The position numbers and the translations under genes were made by a program. Shown piece by piece: positions 37,901 through 51,479 of a DNA stretch of 64,000 bases. The stretch's first letter is position 1; every line of letters begins with the position of its first letter. This stretch comes from Fimbriosthenelais zetlandica. Its lineage: Eukaryota. The stretch lies in contig OZ365114.1 in NCBI GenBank assembly GCA_977030845.1, positions 23,684,001 to 23,748,000 on the forward strand, given 5' to 3'. Below the pieces are notes generated by a model. It made no database searches, was not told the DNA's origin, and was given only the letters and a program-made list of their open reading frames with translations.

Positions 37901-39090
37901 GTTTGATAATGACAGGAGTTGGTGTAAAAACATTACATGCACTGAGAACGACTCCATGTAGATAACTAGAATCTTATCTGACATTCCCCCTTAGACTCTC
38001 GCAGTTTGCCCCGGATATAGACTACAGGAGTTCAGTATCAAACTAGCAGTAGTCCAATACAAATCAATTGCCTAGAATAGTAAAGATATCCCAGATATCC
38101 CACCATTACTACAATTAATACGGAAGGCCATCAAATTGAACCTTGTTAGAATCTCAATAATAGCATCCTTCTAGTATAGAGATACCTCTTCCCAATATTT
38201 GCCAAATTAGGTCTATATTATATCCAGATCTCAAAGATGTTTTTGTAGGAAGTCATATGGCAGATAGCCAAGAAAAAATCAGAACAAGTCTTTGATTATG
38301 ACTTTGGTAACATATAAATTATAAATCAAAGGGGCTGGGCTTTGGACTGGGGCACCTGTAAGAATTTTTCTATTGGCTGTGTACGTCTGGGCCTTGAGGG
38401 GCTGAGTCTTGCTGCCAAAATCCAAGCGTGAGCTCAAGGAGGATGCTGGCAGTGAGCTCAACACATGAATGGTCGGCCCTCCCTCATGAGCTACTCTTGT
38501 TTATTCCTTGTCTCTAGACATGTATAATGTGAAGCAACTCCACACGCTGTCCCAACAAACATAAAACACATAACCCCTTACCGATAGATATATACCAAGC
38601 CTATGCTGGAAGCCTTGCTACAAACGCAGATGTACACAGCCGTGGCGTCGTTCTACTGCGAAATGCTCTTAACCTAGGCTACAGGTGTATCAGGAAAGTC
38701 TTCCCACGAAAACAGTTAATGCTGAAGACCCTTCCCTATGTTCATTGCCCTGGCTGATACCGTCTATACCAGGTATCTTATATACATAGTGAATTGATTG
38801 GCATGCAACTTGGTATAGTGCCATATCTTATAGGTAGGTCAGTATAGGGGCCTTACGTTTGGTCACATGAAACCATAAACACCAATAAACATACAGAGCA
38901 AAACCGTGTTTCTGCCCGGGTAGCTAACATACTATGACGTCATCCAAAGGAAAATGGCGTCTGGAAGTTTTTATCATACTCTGGTTCAGCACTTATCATT
39001 CACACCTTTAACAAATAACTTACGTAGTTCGAGGCAAAATATAGGCTGTCAGTACCCATTTCCCGATTATCTAATATCATTGATCAACCA

Positions 39091-39145
39091 ATTCATTCAT
39101 TCATTTATTCACTCACTCATAGATTCATTATAAATAATTCATTCA
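39091..39145. repeat. Imperfect (ATTC)n microsatellite
   Basis: attcattcattcatttattcactcactcatagattcatt read directly. Confidence 0.8.
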
Positions 39146-40107
39146 GCAAACTAGATAAATCATTTATTTACCTGAAACAGCTAACTAAACTAAGCCAGAC
39201 TCCTCTTGAGTGGTTACGGTGGCTTTATCACTCATGAATCATAAAACACTTGAACATCATGTTAATAGCGCTATCAAATAGGCGGAGCTAATGTCAGTGA
39301 GATGTATGAAGAGAGACTGCGATTGTATATTTATGAATAGGCAGATATGTCTGATTATACATGGATTTTTCTGTTATCTTGGTTAGTACACCGAGGATAT
39401 CACAAAGTGGCTCCGGGTTCCGAGAAGGCAATCTGTAATGTGGCGTAAAATGGCCAGCATTAGTGACTCTCTTCACAAAAGAGTATGTAAGAGAGTGACT
39501 GAGTGGATATAGAGAGAGGGCGAGAGAGAGGGGAGAACGTGAGGTACGGAGATGGAAGGGAGGAGTTAAGATGTTAGACGTTGATTTAAACCCATGTTTC
39601 ATTGACTGGTGTTTTAAGTGGGAGTGACAGTTTGAACTTTTGGTCAGGAATTTTCTAGAAACAAAAATGGGCAAAATGTACTAAGGCCCATAATACTGGC
39701 AAGGGAGGGTATCTACAAAATTAAAGCACGACTCAGTGGATAGACATATATAAATAAAGTTCATATAATGAGGTAACCCTGATCAACACTTCTATAATTT
39801 GCATGTCGAATATAAAGAGGAAGACATAATGAAATGTAAATGTAAACGGATGAGATAAGACATATTACAGAGGAATAAACTCTTGGGAATTTCACGATAT
39901 GCAGCACTGACAAACGTGGATGAGCTTTTTTCATTTCACTCATCCTGTTCACGATAACTGCAACAAGAGATGTACACAACACAAGCAAGCAACAAACCCA
40001 ACAAAAATCAACTAAATACTATGGAAACAGCAGAAAACGCAAGCAAAGTGAATCACCGGTTGTATTTGGGGGACTGTTGGACTGTTGCTGTTTTGTGCAC
40101 GTTTACA

Positions 40108-40223
40108 CCGGAAGTGGATCATTGCGCGTGCGCACCAACACGTGACCATTATGTGGCGTCACGAGGTTTGGTTTGGTTGGGTATAGTTTTCTCTTTATCA
40201 TCCAGCGGTCAGCCTCACCCAAT
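40108..40223. promoter_or_regulatory. CpG-rich housekeeping-type promoter module inside RBM24/38 intron 3
   Basis: CCGGAAGT 40108-40115, TGCGCGTGCGCA 40123-40134, CACGTG 40139-40144, GTGGCGTCAC 40153-40162, CCAAT 40219-40223. Confidence 0.5.
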
Positions 40224-41352
40224 CACCACACAGCGCAGGGGATTGTGGACCTTTGCAAGTATACCTGCCTGACCACCAGAGAGGCTGGGTAGCGTTGCCA
40301 TTACTCGTTAGGGGCAACGGCTGAGAGGAAGTCAACAAAAAGAACAGAGACATGTGTCAAAAGTATACTCCCAAGTGATCACTGATTCTGTGTGCAATAG
40401 TAAAACCATACACACTATTCCTACGTGGTATACATTTTTTCTCTTTTTTGACTTTTTAAATACTTGCATTTTCTTTATATAATGCTATGACATAGAGGAA
40501 CTATATCTATGCGGCAGATTACTAAGTAAAAGAATCTATGTAAATGGTATACTATGAATGACATCATATCCCTTGTTTTTCTTGAATAGTTATTGCAATT
40601 TCATTGAGAAGAAATACAAGATTTTGAATGAGAAAGCGAATGAAGAAAAGGTCTTAATTCTTTAATAGAGAACGTAGGAGGATGGATGGGGTGGGTGGGA
40701 AAAGAGACCACCCATTTAATCATGGGTGTCTCACACCCAATTAGATGGAGTTGGGATCCAAAGTTCAAATCCTTCCACTCATCATACAAAGACACATAAT
40801 ATTGTATACTTTCGCGCTCACTTTTTCTCACAAAAACTCTCTGAACCAGGCACACTCCCAAATGAATATCCCCAACACTCAAACAAAGGCAATGATATGG
40901 GGAGTACAACACAGTTCTATGGGAACATCCTTAAAATTGATTCTGGCATGAGCTCATGGCCAAAATATCCTACAAAAATCATCTAGTAAAAATGTCTTCC
41001 AAACTTAATCCACCAAAACAATTCCCATCCCATGAATAACCTCATGTAAAATGTAAAAGACCGTCACAACAAAAGCCTGCTACCTGATCATATTCTTCAC
41101 CTCAACCAGGTAACAATAAAATTGTCCCCCTAACGGCATGGATCGATAAACAAATATCCGTCTACACACTTGACGGTATTGGTATACACGTGTGTAAAGA
41201 TCGTTGGGCTATTGACTGGTAGATGTTTTTTTTCTGTTGGTGTATTTCTACAACAGTCTCAGTCTGGCAAATTTGTGTGGGCAAGGTATATACGTGTAAG
41301 GGGTACGAGGGATATAAACACATACGACACAGGACATATTAATGTCACTTAC

Positions 41353-41410
41353 CCATATTGTCCAGGTACAAGGCTGGGGTAGGCGCCCTTCAGTGCAAGC
41401 GGCAGAGCAG
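41353..41410 (-). CDS. RBM24: RBM24/RBM38 coding exon 3 (AALPLALKGAYPSLVPGQYG)
   Basis: TTTTTTTTCCGCAG| acceptor, GG|GTAAGT donor, 58 nt. Phase 1 in and phase 2 out join exons 2 and 4 in frame. Confidence 0.9.
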
Positions 41411-44400
41411 CTGCGGAAAAAAAGACAACTTATTAATATTTCACACTTTAAGAAAAACAAATTGTATCGACAACATATGCCCCTGTACTCTTCTTATCTG
41501 AGAATCACAAAGTGGAGTTAACTGAGTTCCAAACGTTAAATCATCACTTCAAGAGTTTACAAAGTTTTACGAGCTCTTTATAAAAATGTGATCTGAGATG
41601 AGGATATATATATGAAGGAGTTTTTTCTTTCCACAACCAACAATAACTCTGCCACATCAAAAGTCCCGGTAGACATACAGTGTACAATTACACTGTACTC
41701 CAATGAGTCAAGTAGGTCTTATAGACAAGGATTTACCCCCGTCCTGATAACTAATATCATATAGTATGGCCATCGTGCCAGGTGGGGCTATTATTTGCTG
41801 TGAACATATAGCATTGTTACATCTAATCGTATAGCCAGCTCGGGCAAGATGGGACATGTCACGGGAACTCTTTGTCTGGCATGGTTCAGTGAAGAGACCG
41901 ACAATCCTAGATGAGAGAATGGTGGTGGGGTTTGTGTACATACAATGTTATAGACTGTAACCACTGATAAGTACACACATTCAAATAGTAGTGGTATGTT
42001 ATAAAGAGAATAAGTTTACGCCCGGGGGTATGAGGTCAACAGGGGGTTGTAATAATATAGGACCTCTATGACATAGCGGACCTCAGGTAAGTATTGGGGT
42101 GCGCCCAGGTGATTAACCCAGCTTGTCACAGGTGGTGACGCAGTCTCCGTGACCAGGGACGTGTCATTACTGAAGCTTTGTTATGCATTTTAATGATGCT
42201 CATAATAAAGTATGACGGCAGGGTATCCTGCACTGATGAAAGATTCAGCGAACCAGACCAATTGTTAAAGGGGGCATTTAGGGAAGTCATCTTCCGTCCA
42301 TATGACGTCGCATGAGTCATAAATACTTCATTACAATCTCTGATTAAGAGATCAAAAAGTGACTGAATGTACCAGCACCTCAGCCATTGGACTCTGTTCA
42401 GGCACTGCCTGTCTCTGAAACAACTCATGTTATTCCATGCTCTCATCTGGATTGCTTCCTTCTCGCCTTGTGAATCGACCTCAAATCAGAAGGGTTCAAT
42501 TGGAAATAATTCACACCCTATTATATGTAAAATATTCAAAATAAAAAGATCTCTGCTGGATATACTATTTAATGTCTAAGCTCGGGGTGCCTAACTGTTT
42601 CGCCCTGCTTCTAAGATAATATTCTTATAAAGAGATTATGGCAAGATGTCAAATTCAGTCATGTCCCACCAATGACTGAAATGGCTGAATGCATTCCAAT
42701 CCTCTCAACGCAAGTATTGTTTAATATGTGAAATTTACATTAATTCCCTAGTGTGATATGATTCCAGATTCATCGGTAAAATATAATAAGTAATCTGGCC
42801 CTCTAATGAACATAAGCTTTCTTGGATTGAAAGCAACTGAAAACATATAGCCAGATAATATGGGCAGCAAAACAAACAGAAGCATTATCTTCTTGGGCTC
42901 TTAAAATGTGCAAGATCAACAACCTGTAGGCACGTTCCTAGTGAAAGAATATACATGTATTCCATTCCACGCCCACACTACATCGAGACTCCAAGGTGTA
43001 CCAGGGACACTGTGAGAAGTCATTTTTTTCCATTTGAAAGGATTGGGAATGGAAATACTTTCAGTATACCAAGACTCATACTCGCATATAGGTTATACAT
43101 TCTCGCGGGAGACTGAATGCTCCGTGGAATGGTTCCCTGGGAATTCCAATGACTGGGCATGCCCTTCATGATAACTCTTTCCTGTTCTCAGGGGGTTGCT
43201 TCAGTAAGAGGAAAGGTTCAAAGGGACACAAGCTATCTATTGGCTTGAGATGGTCTCCACTATCTTGATGATAGATCACGACCTCAAGAGGCAGATCAAA
43301 CTGCATTAATAAATCACAAGAGGTAGTCATGCTCTGCGCACATGCATCATTGTGAGCGAGAACTGCCATAAGTTTTCATTTTAATCATTTCTTCGTGTGT
43401 GTCGCAGTTTAGGATGGCTTTGGGAAAAAAATAAGGCTAGCCTACTAGTCTTATAAATTAAGATACTACTAGTAGTCCTAGTCAACATCTTACGTACTAG
43501 TGTTAATAATTACTAGGCTATAACATAGAACTAGAGAGACTCTCGTTGGAGAGATGGAATGCAAAGTCCACCGGAAGTTGCATTGCAACCTACGCTGGAG
43601 GTTGTGTCCGCGAGAAGACGCGAGAATTCGCGCGAGACTTGGGGAAGTTTACTTCCGGTTTGTACTCCCGCGCCTGAAAATGTGATCTTTTCTTGGCTCG
43701 ACATAGGCATAATGACAAATACAACTCTCTAGTTCTATGGCTATAACTATCTAGGATTGCACGTATACCAGTTAGTCTGAGGTTCATGACTAGACTAATA
43801 CTGATATAGTCTAGTCTTAGATCTAGTCTTAGATGCCAGTTACACCAGGCCTACTGCCGTTCGATGAATCACGAGATAAATTATTTCTATATAAAGAGAC
43901 TTAAATACATTTTCTAACTTGTAATAGGATCATCATATCAAAAGTGGGCATAGAAATGCCTTGTTCTATCTTTCTTATCAGTTTGAGAGTATATATAAAA
44001 TCTTGCCGTGTTTCAGTCTGGCTATCTTAGAGAGGTGACCTAGCGTGATGATGAGGTCATTGTTTATCAGGGCAGTAAGTTATTATAGACTAAGTGATCT
44101 GTATGTAACAGGTGTACTTCTAATGAACCTCTTATACTACAGATAACATACGGTGGCGGGAAATCAGAATCTAAAGTGTTTGCGGGGCGATACCAGGGTC
44201 TGTTGCCAGGGATGATTTACAAACTCTGAGGCATACAATTGAAGTCTGGGATAAGGGTGGGGCTGAAGAGGTCTTAATCCAGTCCTTGTATGTACCTCAA
44301 TGAACTGACCTACGGTTTATATATAGCTGAAAGCTTTCTTCTCATAATTATCTCCCCAAAATCCTACCAAGCTAAATGCACTTTTTAAATGCCAGATTGG

Positions 44401-45344
44401 CCGTTATTTCACCATACGAAGATGGTCAAACTTCAACAAGTCCACATTAGAAATATGGGTCGAGTGATCTACCACAAAGTTAAAAAGGAGCGACTTTTTT
44501 TCAAGTGACCTCAATGTAATCATTGAAAATGAAACAGATTCTCATGTAAAAGTGAGAGGTCAAAGCCAAGAACTGTTACAATCACCTCACCTCATTTTAT
44601 GAATCTGCAAAATCTGCGATATACACGATCTATATTAATAGGCACAGGGAAGTAAAATGGTCAAAGGGGCTACCTGAAGGGGGATAACTAGAAATTGAGA
44701 GGGTCTTTATCAAATCGTGAGAAAAAACAACAACGCCCCTTGTAATACAGGGTCACACGATGTATATGATATACGAGATTCTAAACGTCACTTATCTGGT
44801 AGTTAATGTTTATCATCGTAACAATAACAGACTCAAGTAGCTATCCTACCACTTACTAAATGTCTAGGTCTAAACATCAATGGTCAACAACCTTTCTAAA
44901 ATTTCTTGTCTAAAAGGGGATTTTTTGCGTTCAGATTAGTACGGTTGGTGCTCAGTTAGCTACATACTAAGTGGGGGGAGTTCTATTGACAATATTTACA
45001 CCAATGACAGCAACACAGATCAAATGAATAACTTGAATATGCATAGCTATAGCTCTTGAGGAAATACAAGGGAATTTGGCGTACATACCTGAACTGCTAG
45101 TGAATGCTTTAAAAAGATGAGTGATATCAATTTTTAATGAGAATTCAAGCTAATTAACTACAGATGTGTCTCATGTGTAACTGGCATGTGATTTAGAGGA
45201 AAATCCATGAGTCATGTTCGAGAGTTGAGTGTTATGCGAAGGTCAGGAAGAAGAGTCGGATGGAAGCCAATGTGGGGAGTGGGATTAACACAGTGGGTGT
45301 TTTGTATTAAGTGAAAGCTTATAATACAAGATGAGAATGCTCAC

Positions 45345-45468
45345 CTGTTTGTATACCACGAGGCTTGGCTCCCAGGTAGGCGAGGTTCACGTTAGCTTTA
45401 CGGCCATCAATAACAGGGTTTGGCTCCTTGCACGCCCGTTCTGCAGCAGCTCTATCTGCCATCGTTAC
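45345..45468 (-). CDS. RBM24: RBM24/RBM38 coding exon 2 ([41 protein letters not shown])
   Basis: Near-identical to the second half of the vertebrate RBM24/38 RRM. TTTTTCCTCCAG| acceptor, G|GTGAG donor, 124 nt. Confidence 0.97.
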
Positions 45469-48400
45469 CTGGAGGAAAAACAAAAGGAAAATAATGAATA
45501 TAATAATCTGAAAAGTATCTTTTTACAGAAATGAAGGAGGAAAGAGGAAAATGATTATATTGTTGTGCGGATAACTAGTTTAAGAAATATCAGCTTAGAG
45601 AAAGCTAAGCTTAATTAATATGGGCTTTGAGATGTAAGTCCCCAAACTACAAAGGCTGATTTTTTTCATGCATTATGATCTGGATTTGAACAATTATTTC
45701 TAGAGGTTGAAAAATAGCCCTATGGGGGTCATATGGAGGGGATCACAGAAGCAGATGCCCAGGAGCAGTGCATATGAATAAGAATTGATCCAAGTCATAT
45801 TTTCCCAACTTAGGCCAGTCGGGCAGGGCAGGGGCGAGCACGAGCATCATGCTTATTGAAACTAGTGGCAGGCAAGATCTAATTTGCTCCGGTCAATAAG
45901 ACTAAATCCACTTCACACACCCTCTGCTCGCTTGAGGATGGGGCCGCTCGCCTCTAATAAACTGTGGCAGAATAGCATCATCATTGCCTCTCCAACTCGC
46001 CATTCCTTGGCCAGACCCTCATTGGATTCAGCCATGTAATACATCCATCAATGTAAGGCAATGCCTTGGGATTCTTGTCATGATATTCCCAAACCCTGGG
46101 TCAGAGAAAATTAGAAAAGCATCTGTACCAGGCTTGAACGTAGTATTCCCTTAATATCTGGGGCTCTTGCCCATATCTCGCCTTTATGAGAAATCTGTGA
46201 TTCAATTAGGAAATGCTTTCCATCCATTGACTTCCATTACCATTCATATATATTCTCAATGATGTTCTGTGGAAATAATGTTGTCCTTATCCTATTTTAT
46301 CATTCCCAGTAAACTGCCTTTGTCTTTTGGGTTAACCTTGATTAATAAGAGTCTGTTCAAAACAAACAGGAAAGCGTTGACAGGAAATTGCCCATGCTTC
46401 TTCATTGAAGCTGACATGGGAGATTCCTTCCTAATGTCATTACAGTACCTCTCAATGACAGAGATTCTATTGGTTGCAAAATTTAATTAACTGCATTTAA
46501 CTGCTGTAAAAGATGACTGTTAGATAATAGAGTGCTAGGCCCTATTCGCCCATCTGTCTCCATATCATCCCTCTTTCTCATGACACGTCCCTATTTCACA
46601 ATGCTGTAACGGTAGCAGCAATTGCCTAATTGCATGCCTGGCTCCAACATAAGGAGCAAGCATAAAAGAGCCGCGTAAAACTTCCCAAAATCCACGAGAG
46701 CACTCCTCTCCTACCATACATAATACCTTATATACTCAGTATCAAAAGAAAGAGGCATATTGTCAGAATTCTCTCTTCTCCGCTGCTTTCATTTGTTAGC
46801 TACTTCCACCTCGATGACCTATAACGTTAATTACATCCATTATTCTCTCATTTTACGTGCAAGATTTAATTAGGCCAACCTGTTAATGAAATGCCCTTGG
46901 CACGAGGGAAGCACAGGCCACGGAAACTGTTCATAATAAATCTTGTCTTTAATTCGATTTGCAAAGAGAGAAAAGTTCATTTGATACGCAGAGGGGATAA
47001 CTCCAGGTTAACAGTTGGATTTCATCACCAGAGTCACGAAAGCAGTGCTCCAACCCTTTTTAGGGCTTTAAGAATGAACTAATGCAATATTAATGCGCCT
47101 ATAAATAATCTACCCTGTTATACCCTAAGGATATCGGGTAATGTCCTTAAACCCAAAACCTGCATTGAAATGAGAGTTTGGTTCTTTATTGAAAATGTTA
47201 AAATGCCAACAAGGTGTTGTATTTGAAAGTATATAACGTTAGACTTTATTATATAGCTCGTGGTTGAGTTATTAGTTGCGTCACAGCGCCATAAGGTGAA
47301 TTGATAACGACTGCAGATAGCTCGAACCAACGAGTATATAGGCCTACTCGTTGCACGAACTGACAAAAGGTGAGCAAATGGGACAGGCCTGAATAGATAG
47401 GGGAACCCATATAGTTAACTAGAGCCAGGGGTTAATTACATCTTCAGGGACTTGCATGAGAGTCTACCCTAATCATGACATCCTTTGATGGATGTCATTG
47501 CACGCCCATATAAAGATAGAATCAAACTCACGCCAAGCACATCTGGCAAATGCAACAACATAAACATACCATAAAAATTTCATCCACCTCGCGTTAAGAT
47601 TGATAGAGCAATATGTTGTGGAATTTATACTGGCTTCCCGTTACAAAATAGAATGGTTTGAAGTGGGGTGCCAAAGCACGACCCCTCACACAAAAGAGAA
47701 TCAGTTCCTGCCCACAGAATAAAAGGGGGTATTCCGGAGGGAACTGAATAATTCAAAATTAAAGTTCCTGAATAATTTCTCACTGCAACGGCTAACCTCT
47801 TGAGTGCAAGATGGATCTTCCTCCCGAGGATAAAGTTGAGGAGAAAACAATGAAACACACCCTAACGTGTGTTTTAGGTCAATTGATCAGGCGACTTTTA
47901 ATACATTTTCCCTTACTATCACCCATTAATCAAACCAGTCAGCAGGAGTCGGTGCAAATACATTACCTCTAAAAGATTGATTTGAAAAAATTAAGCTCGT
48001 GTATAAAGCAACTATTCATCACGTCTTGCCTTGAATACCTCGGATGAAATGCAAATAACTTGATCTAATTCACGTGTAAATCAGGTATTTATAATTTTAA
48101 TGGCCTGTCATGCCATCAAGTCATTTGTTGGTAATATATCTTTTTGCTGTAGAAATGTATGGAGTCTGGGAGGGCAATGTTGGTATGTGAATAACCCCCC
48201 ACAATATCTAAAGCAATCAGGGCAGTCGCTTCCATTGTTGTACCTGGAGGAAAGCCAACCCACCAACCTCGTTGCTCCAGCGTGTGAGTCCATCACTCTC
48301 ATCCAAGAACTAGACTTGCATATTCCCCAGCTTTGAAAGTAATTATTTTCCATTGATTTTAAGCTTTGAATATCTAAGCTCTCTGGAGATGATGAGGGTT

Positions 48401-48508
48401 GATTGGTAGTGCTCGGGATGGAAACATGTTAAGAATAATTGATAAGATATGGTTATAGGGAGGATGGCAAGGCCAATATGGTGGGCATGTGAAGCAATGC
48501 TGGGAGCG

Positions 48509-48534
48509 CCCCCTACCCCCTACCCCCTACCCCC
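48509..48534. repeat. (C5TA)3C5 tract, i.e. a G5-TA x4 G-quadruplex motif on the RBM24/38 sense strand
   Basis: ccccctaccccctaccccctaccccc read directly. Confidence 0.9.
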
Positions 48535-51479
48535 GTTCTCCTTTTCTCCACACCGCAACCTCAGCGCCCGCCTGTGGTCGCACGCGCACCGGCTATGATT
48601 TCCTGTCACGCGAGCATCTAGCTCCAAACTGACTCCTATAACAGGCTGATTCCGCAATTACACTTGTAGAGCAGCATCACATGGGAAAATGGCTTGTCTC
48701 AATAGCCAATAATCTCATATTAAACAGTTTACGTCGACAACAGGGACATTTTCCTCACTTAACCATCATCTGAGAAGATGATTTAATAAGAGCGAGGGAT
48801 GGAGACAATGCAAGTTTGAAAAGGCTCCAGACTTTTTTTCAGCAAAAGTAAATAATGAATCAGTGAAGGAACCAAAGTCCAAATCATCTAAGTCGATCTT
48901 ATGCATCAAAAAAAATCAAAATCAATCGAAGTTCCCTATCACGTGGTAAATATTTAAATAATGTTAAAAAGTGCAATGGAAATAACCGGCATCAGTTGAT
49001 TTAAAGTAAGGACACATTCTGAACAAAATTGGACAAAATAAGAATAGTGATCGCGTTATGAAATAGGTTTAGATAACCAGATCTAGACTGTCTGAGAGAA
49101 GAAAACCCCCTAGTGATTCCAAGCACAATCGACATACATCATGCAATGAAACACCGAAGTGCCCCCATTGATGAACAGATCTCATGAGGTGCTGACCACA
49201 AAAAGCAATCTTTTTAGGATCCAACTCCTTTCCTCAGCCAGAAATCTGGTTCATATAAAAGAACAGTGACGCGAACTGCGTGCATGACTTCTGGACATGA
49301 GGAGTGTTCCACCTTTGTAAATAAGATGATTTCCGATGAAAATGGGCGATTGGAAAATCAAGTATGGTTATTTGTTCACACCCGAATTTCAAAAGATTCA
49401 ATTATGTTTGTTTTGAGACCCTTATGGCCAAACGCAAGTCAGTGGCATTTGCCAAGGTATATGGCCCACACTCGATTACTTTATAAGTTTTCTATATCAG
49501 ATTGTTTCAAACAATCGCATTCAGGCTATTCTCTCATTGCCAATCCAAATCTACTGCTATCATAGTCAGGTCATTGCCCCACCAAAGAAAGAATCGTCCA
49601 AATAGTTGATGAGCTAAAATCATTCTGGCAGGACACTCACATTGAAACGGCACATATCAAAAGCAAGGGTCAGTTGTATAGCCAAAATGTTTGAACCAAT
49701 GTAGCCTAATATATTCTCAAACTGACCCATAAGTTCAAATGCCATGCATTAGTTTCAGCCATTGAAGTTTAGTTGCAATTAAAGGAGAGAAACGGCCTTT
49801 ATAAACAAAAAGGTCAGGCAGTACAGTTGTACAAACAATTTGTGATAAATGAAGGTAAAACATCTTCAACAAAAGAAGCCTGACCACTTAAAGTATGCAA
49901 TGTTTTGCCTAGTTGGGCTTCAGTCATACCTAACGTTTCACAGATAGTAAAACATGCCCTAACAGAATGCTTCATACAGACAATATGGAGGGGAAGGAAC
50001 AAGCATTCAACTACTTCCCATTCATAAGCTTCTTATAGTATATCCAATACATTTTCCATATCGTTTGAATGGGAAGTAATACGTATTCCCCTTACAAAAT
50101 TAAGTCTTGTCATGAATCCAAGACAATAATGCTTTTAGATCCATGGTATTCTTTTCAATTCTATTCAAATTGGGAAAAAAATAAGATTATCACTTACTCC
50201 CAGCCTGTAAAATAGTCTATTCCACGGCAACCGGACCAAAGCAGGGGTATACATAGGCTATATGTTGTTATGTTGCTATGGGGGGTCTGAGGTGTCAAAA
50301 ATGGATTGGCATTATGCAATGCTCTATAGCATATGAATACCGAGACACCATTCATACCCAAGACTAATTCAACTGTGTGTTGCATAAGCTAATCCACTCC
50401 ACAATTGAATGGCTTTCATCCAGATTGGAGAGCAAGATTTTAAGTTTGAGCATTATGCAATGCCCATGTCTTGAAACTAGGTTGGTATACCACTTGTATG
50501 AAAGGGTTAGCTGTATTTTATCCATCTCTTTACTCTAATAAGGGTTATGACCTTCACAAAATAGTCGGAATACATGCGATATTGGTGCACATTGCATGGA
50601 TTGGTGGCTGAGGCCTTCCACCAAATCTCTCGAATAGAAGAAAGGTGTATAGAGTCATAGAAATTAGACGGGCTATTATCTGGTTTACCAGATGTTTCAC
50701 CAACAGAATAAACACTCAAAAGCCCAGGCAACCACCCATCCATCCATCCACCCATTATACACGGTTTCCTGTTTGATTTAGAATTTAACACACCGTTCAC
50801 AATGAATTCCTTAATCATGATTCTCATTCGTCGTTACTCTTGAAGTTCCTCCGCCGTTTGACCACATGCCGAAACATCAAAGGACAAAAGGGCCTTAATG
50901 TAAGCAAGCAAGACGAGAGAGGGGTTTACTTAATCAGGCGAGCCCTGCAGCCCTTTAGGGTTACCGCAAGATGGGACACATAGACAGCAACAGATGCAAG
51001 GGACGTCTGTTGCTTTCCCAGAGCAGTTAGTTAGGGTTAGCACATGTTAGCACATTATGACATGCATCCGAGAGAGTGAGAAGGGGGTGAGGAGAGAGAC
51101 TAGGAGGGATTTTATACTATACTGGGCATCGGGGGAGCAGTTTGAAGCCTGGTGTTCGTTATATAGATTCTATATGACTTCAAGTCATAAAAGCCATATT
51201 TGTTAGACTTTTGTGCATAAAAATTACTGCTATAATTAAAGTCTTCCGAGTAAGCATCTCAGAGGATATAGTAGGTCATATCTACATTTATCTTGGCTCT
51301 TACTACATGGGGCTCACGTAACGTGGCCAATCCCCCTGAGAACTGTACAGACTCGGGCTATGTAAATTGGATAATCAATGAGTGTCCAGTCCACGTGTAA
51401 TCCACCCTTAACGGAACCCCTATAGAGCCCTGGGCCACCCTTTATTCCAAGGCTTAGAAAATCAGATCCCAGGCCATGG

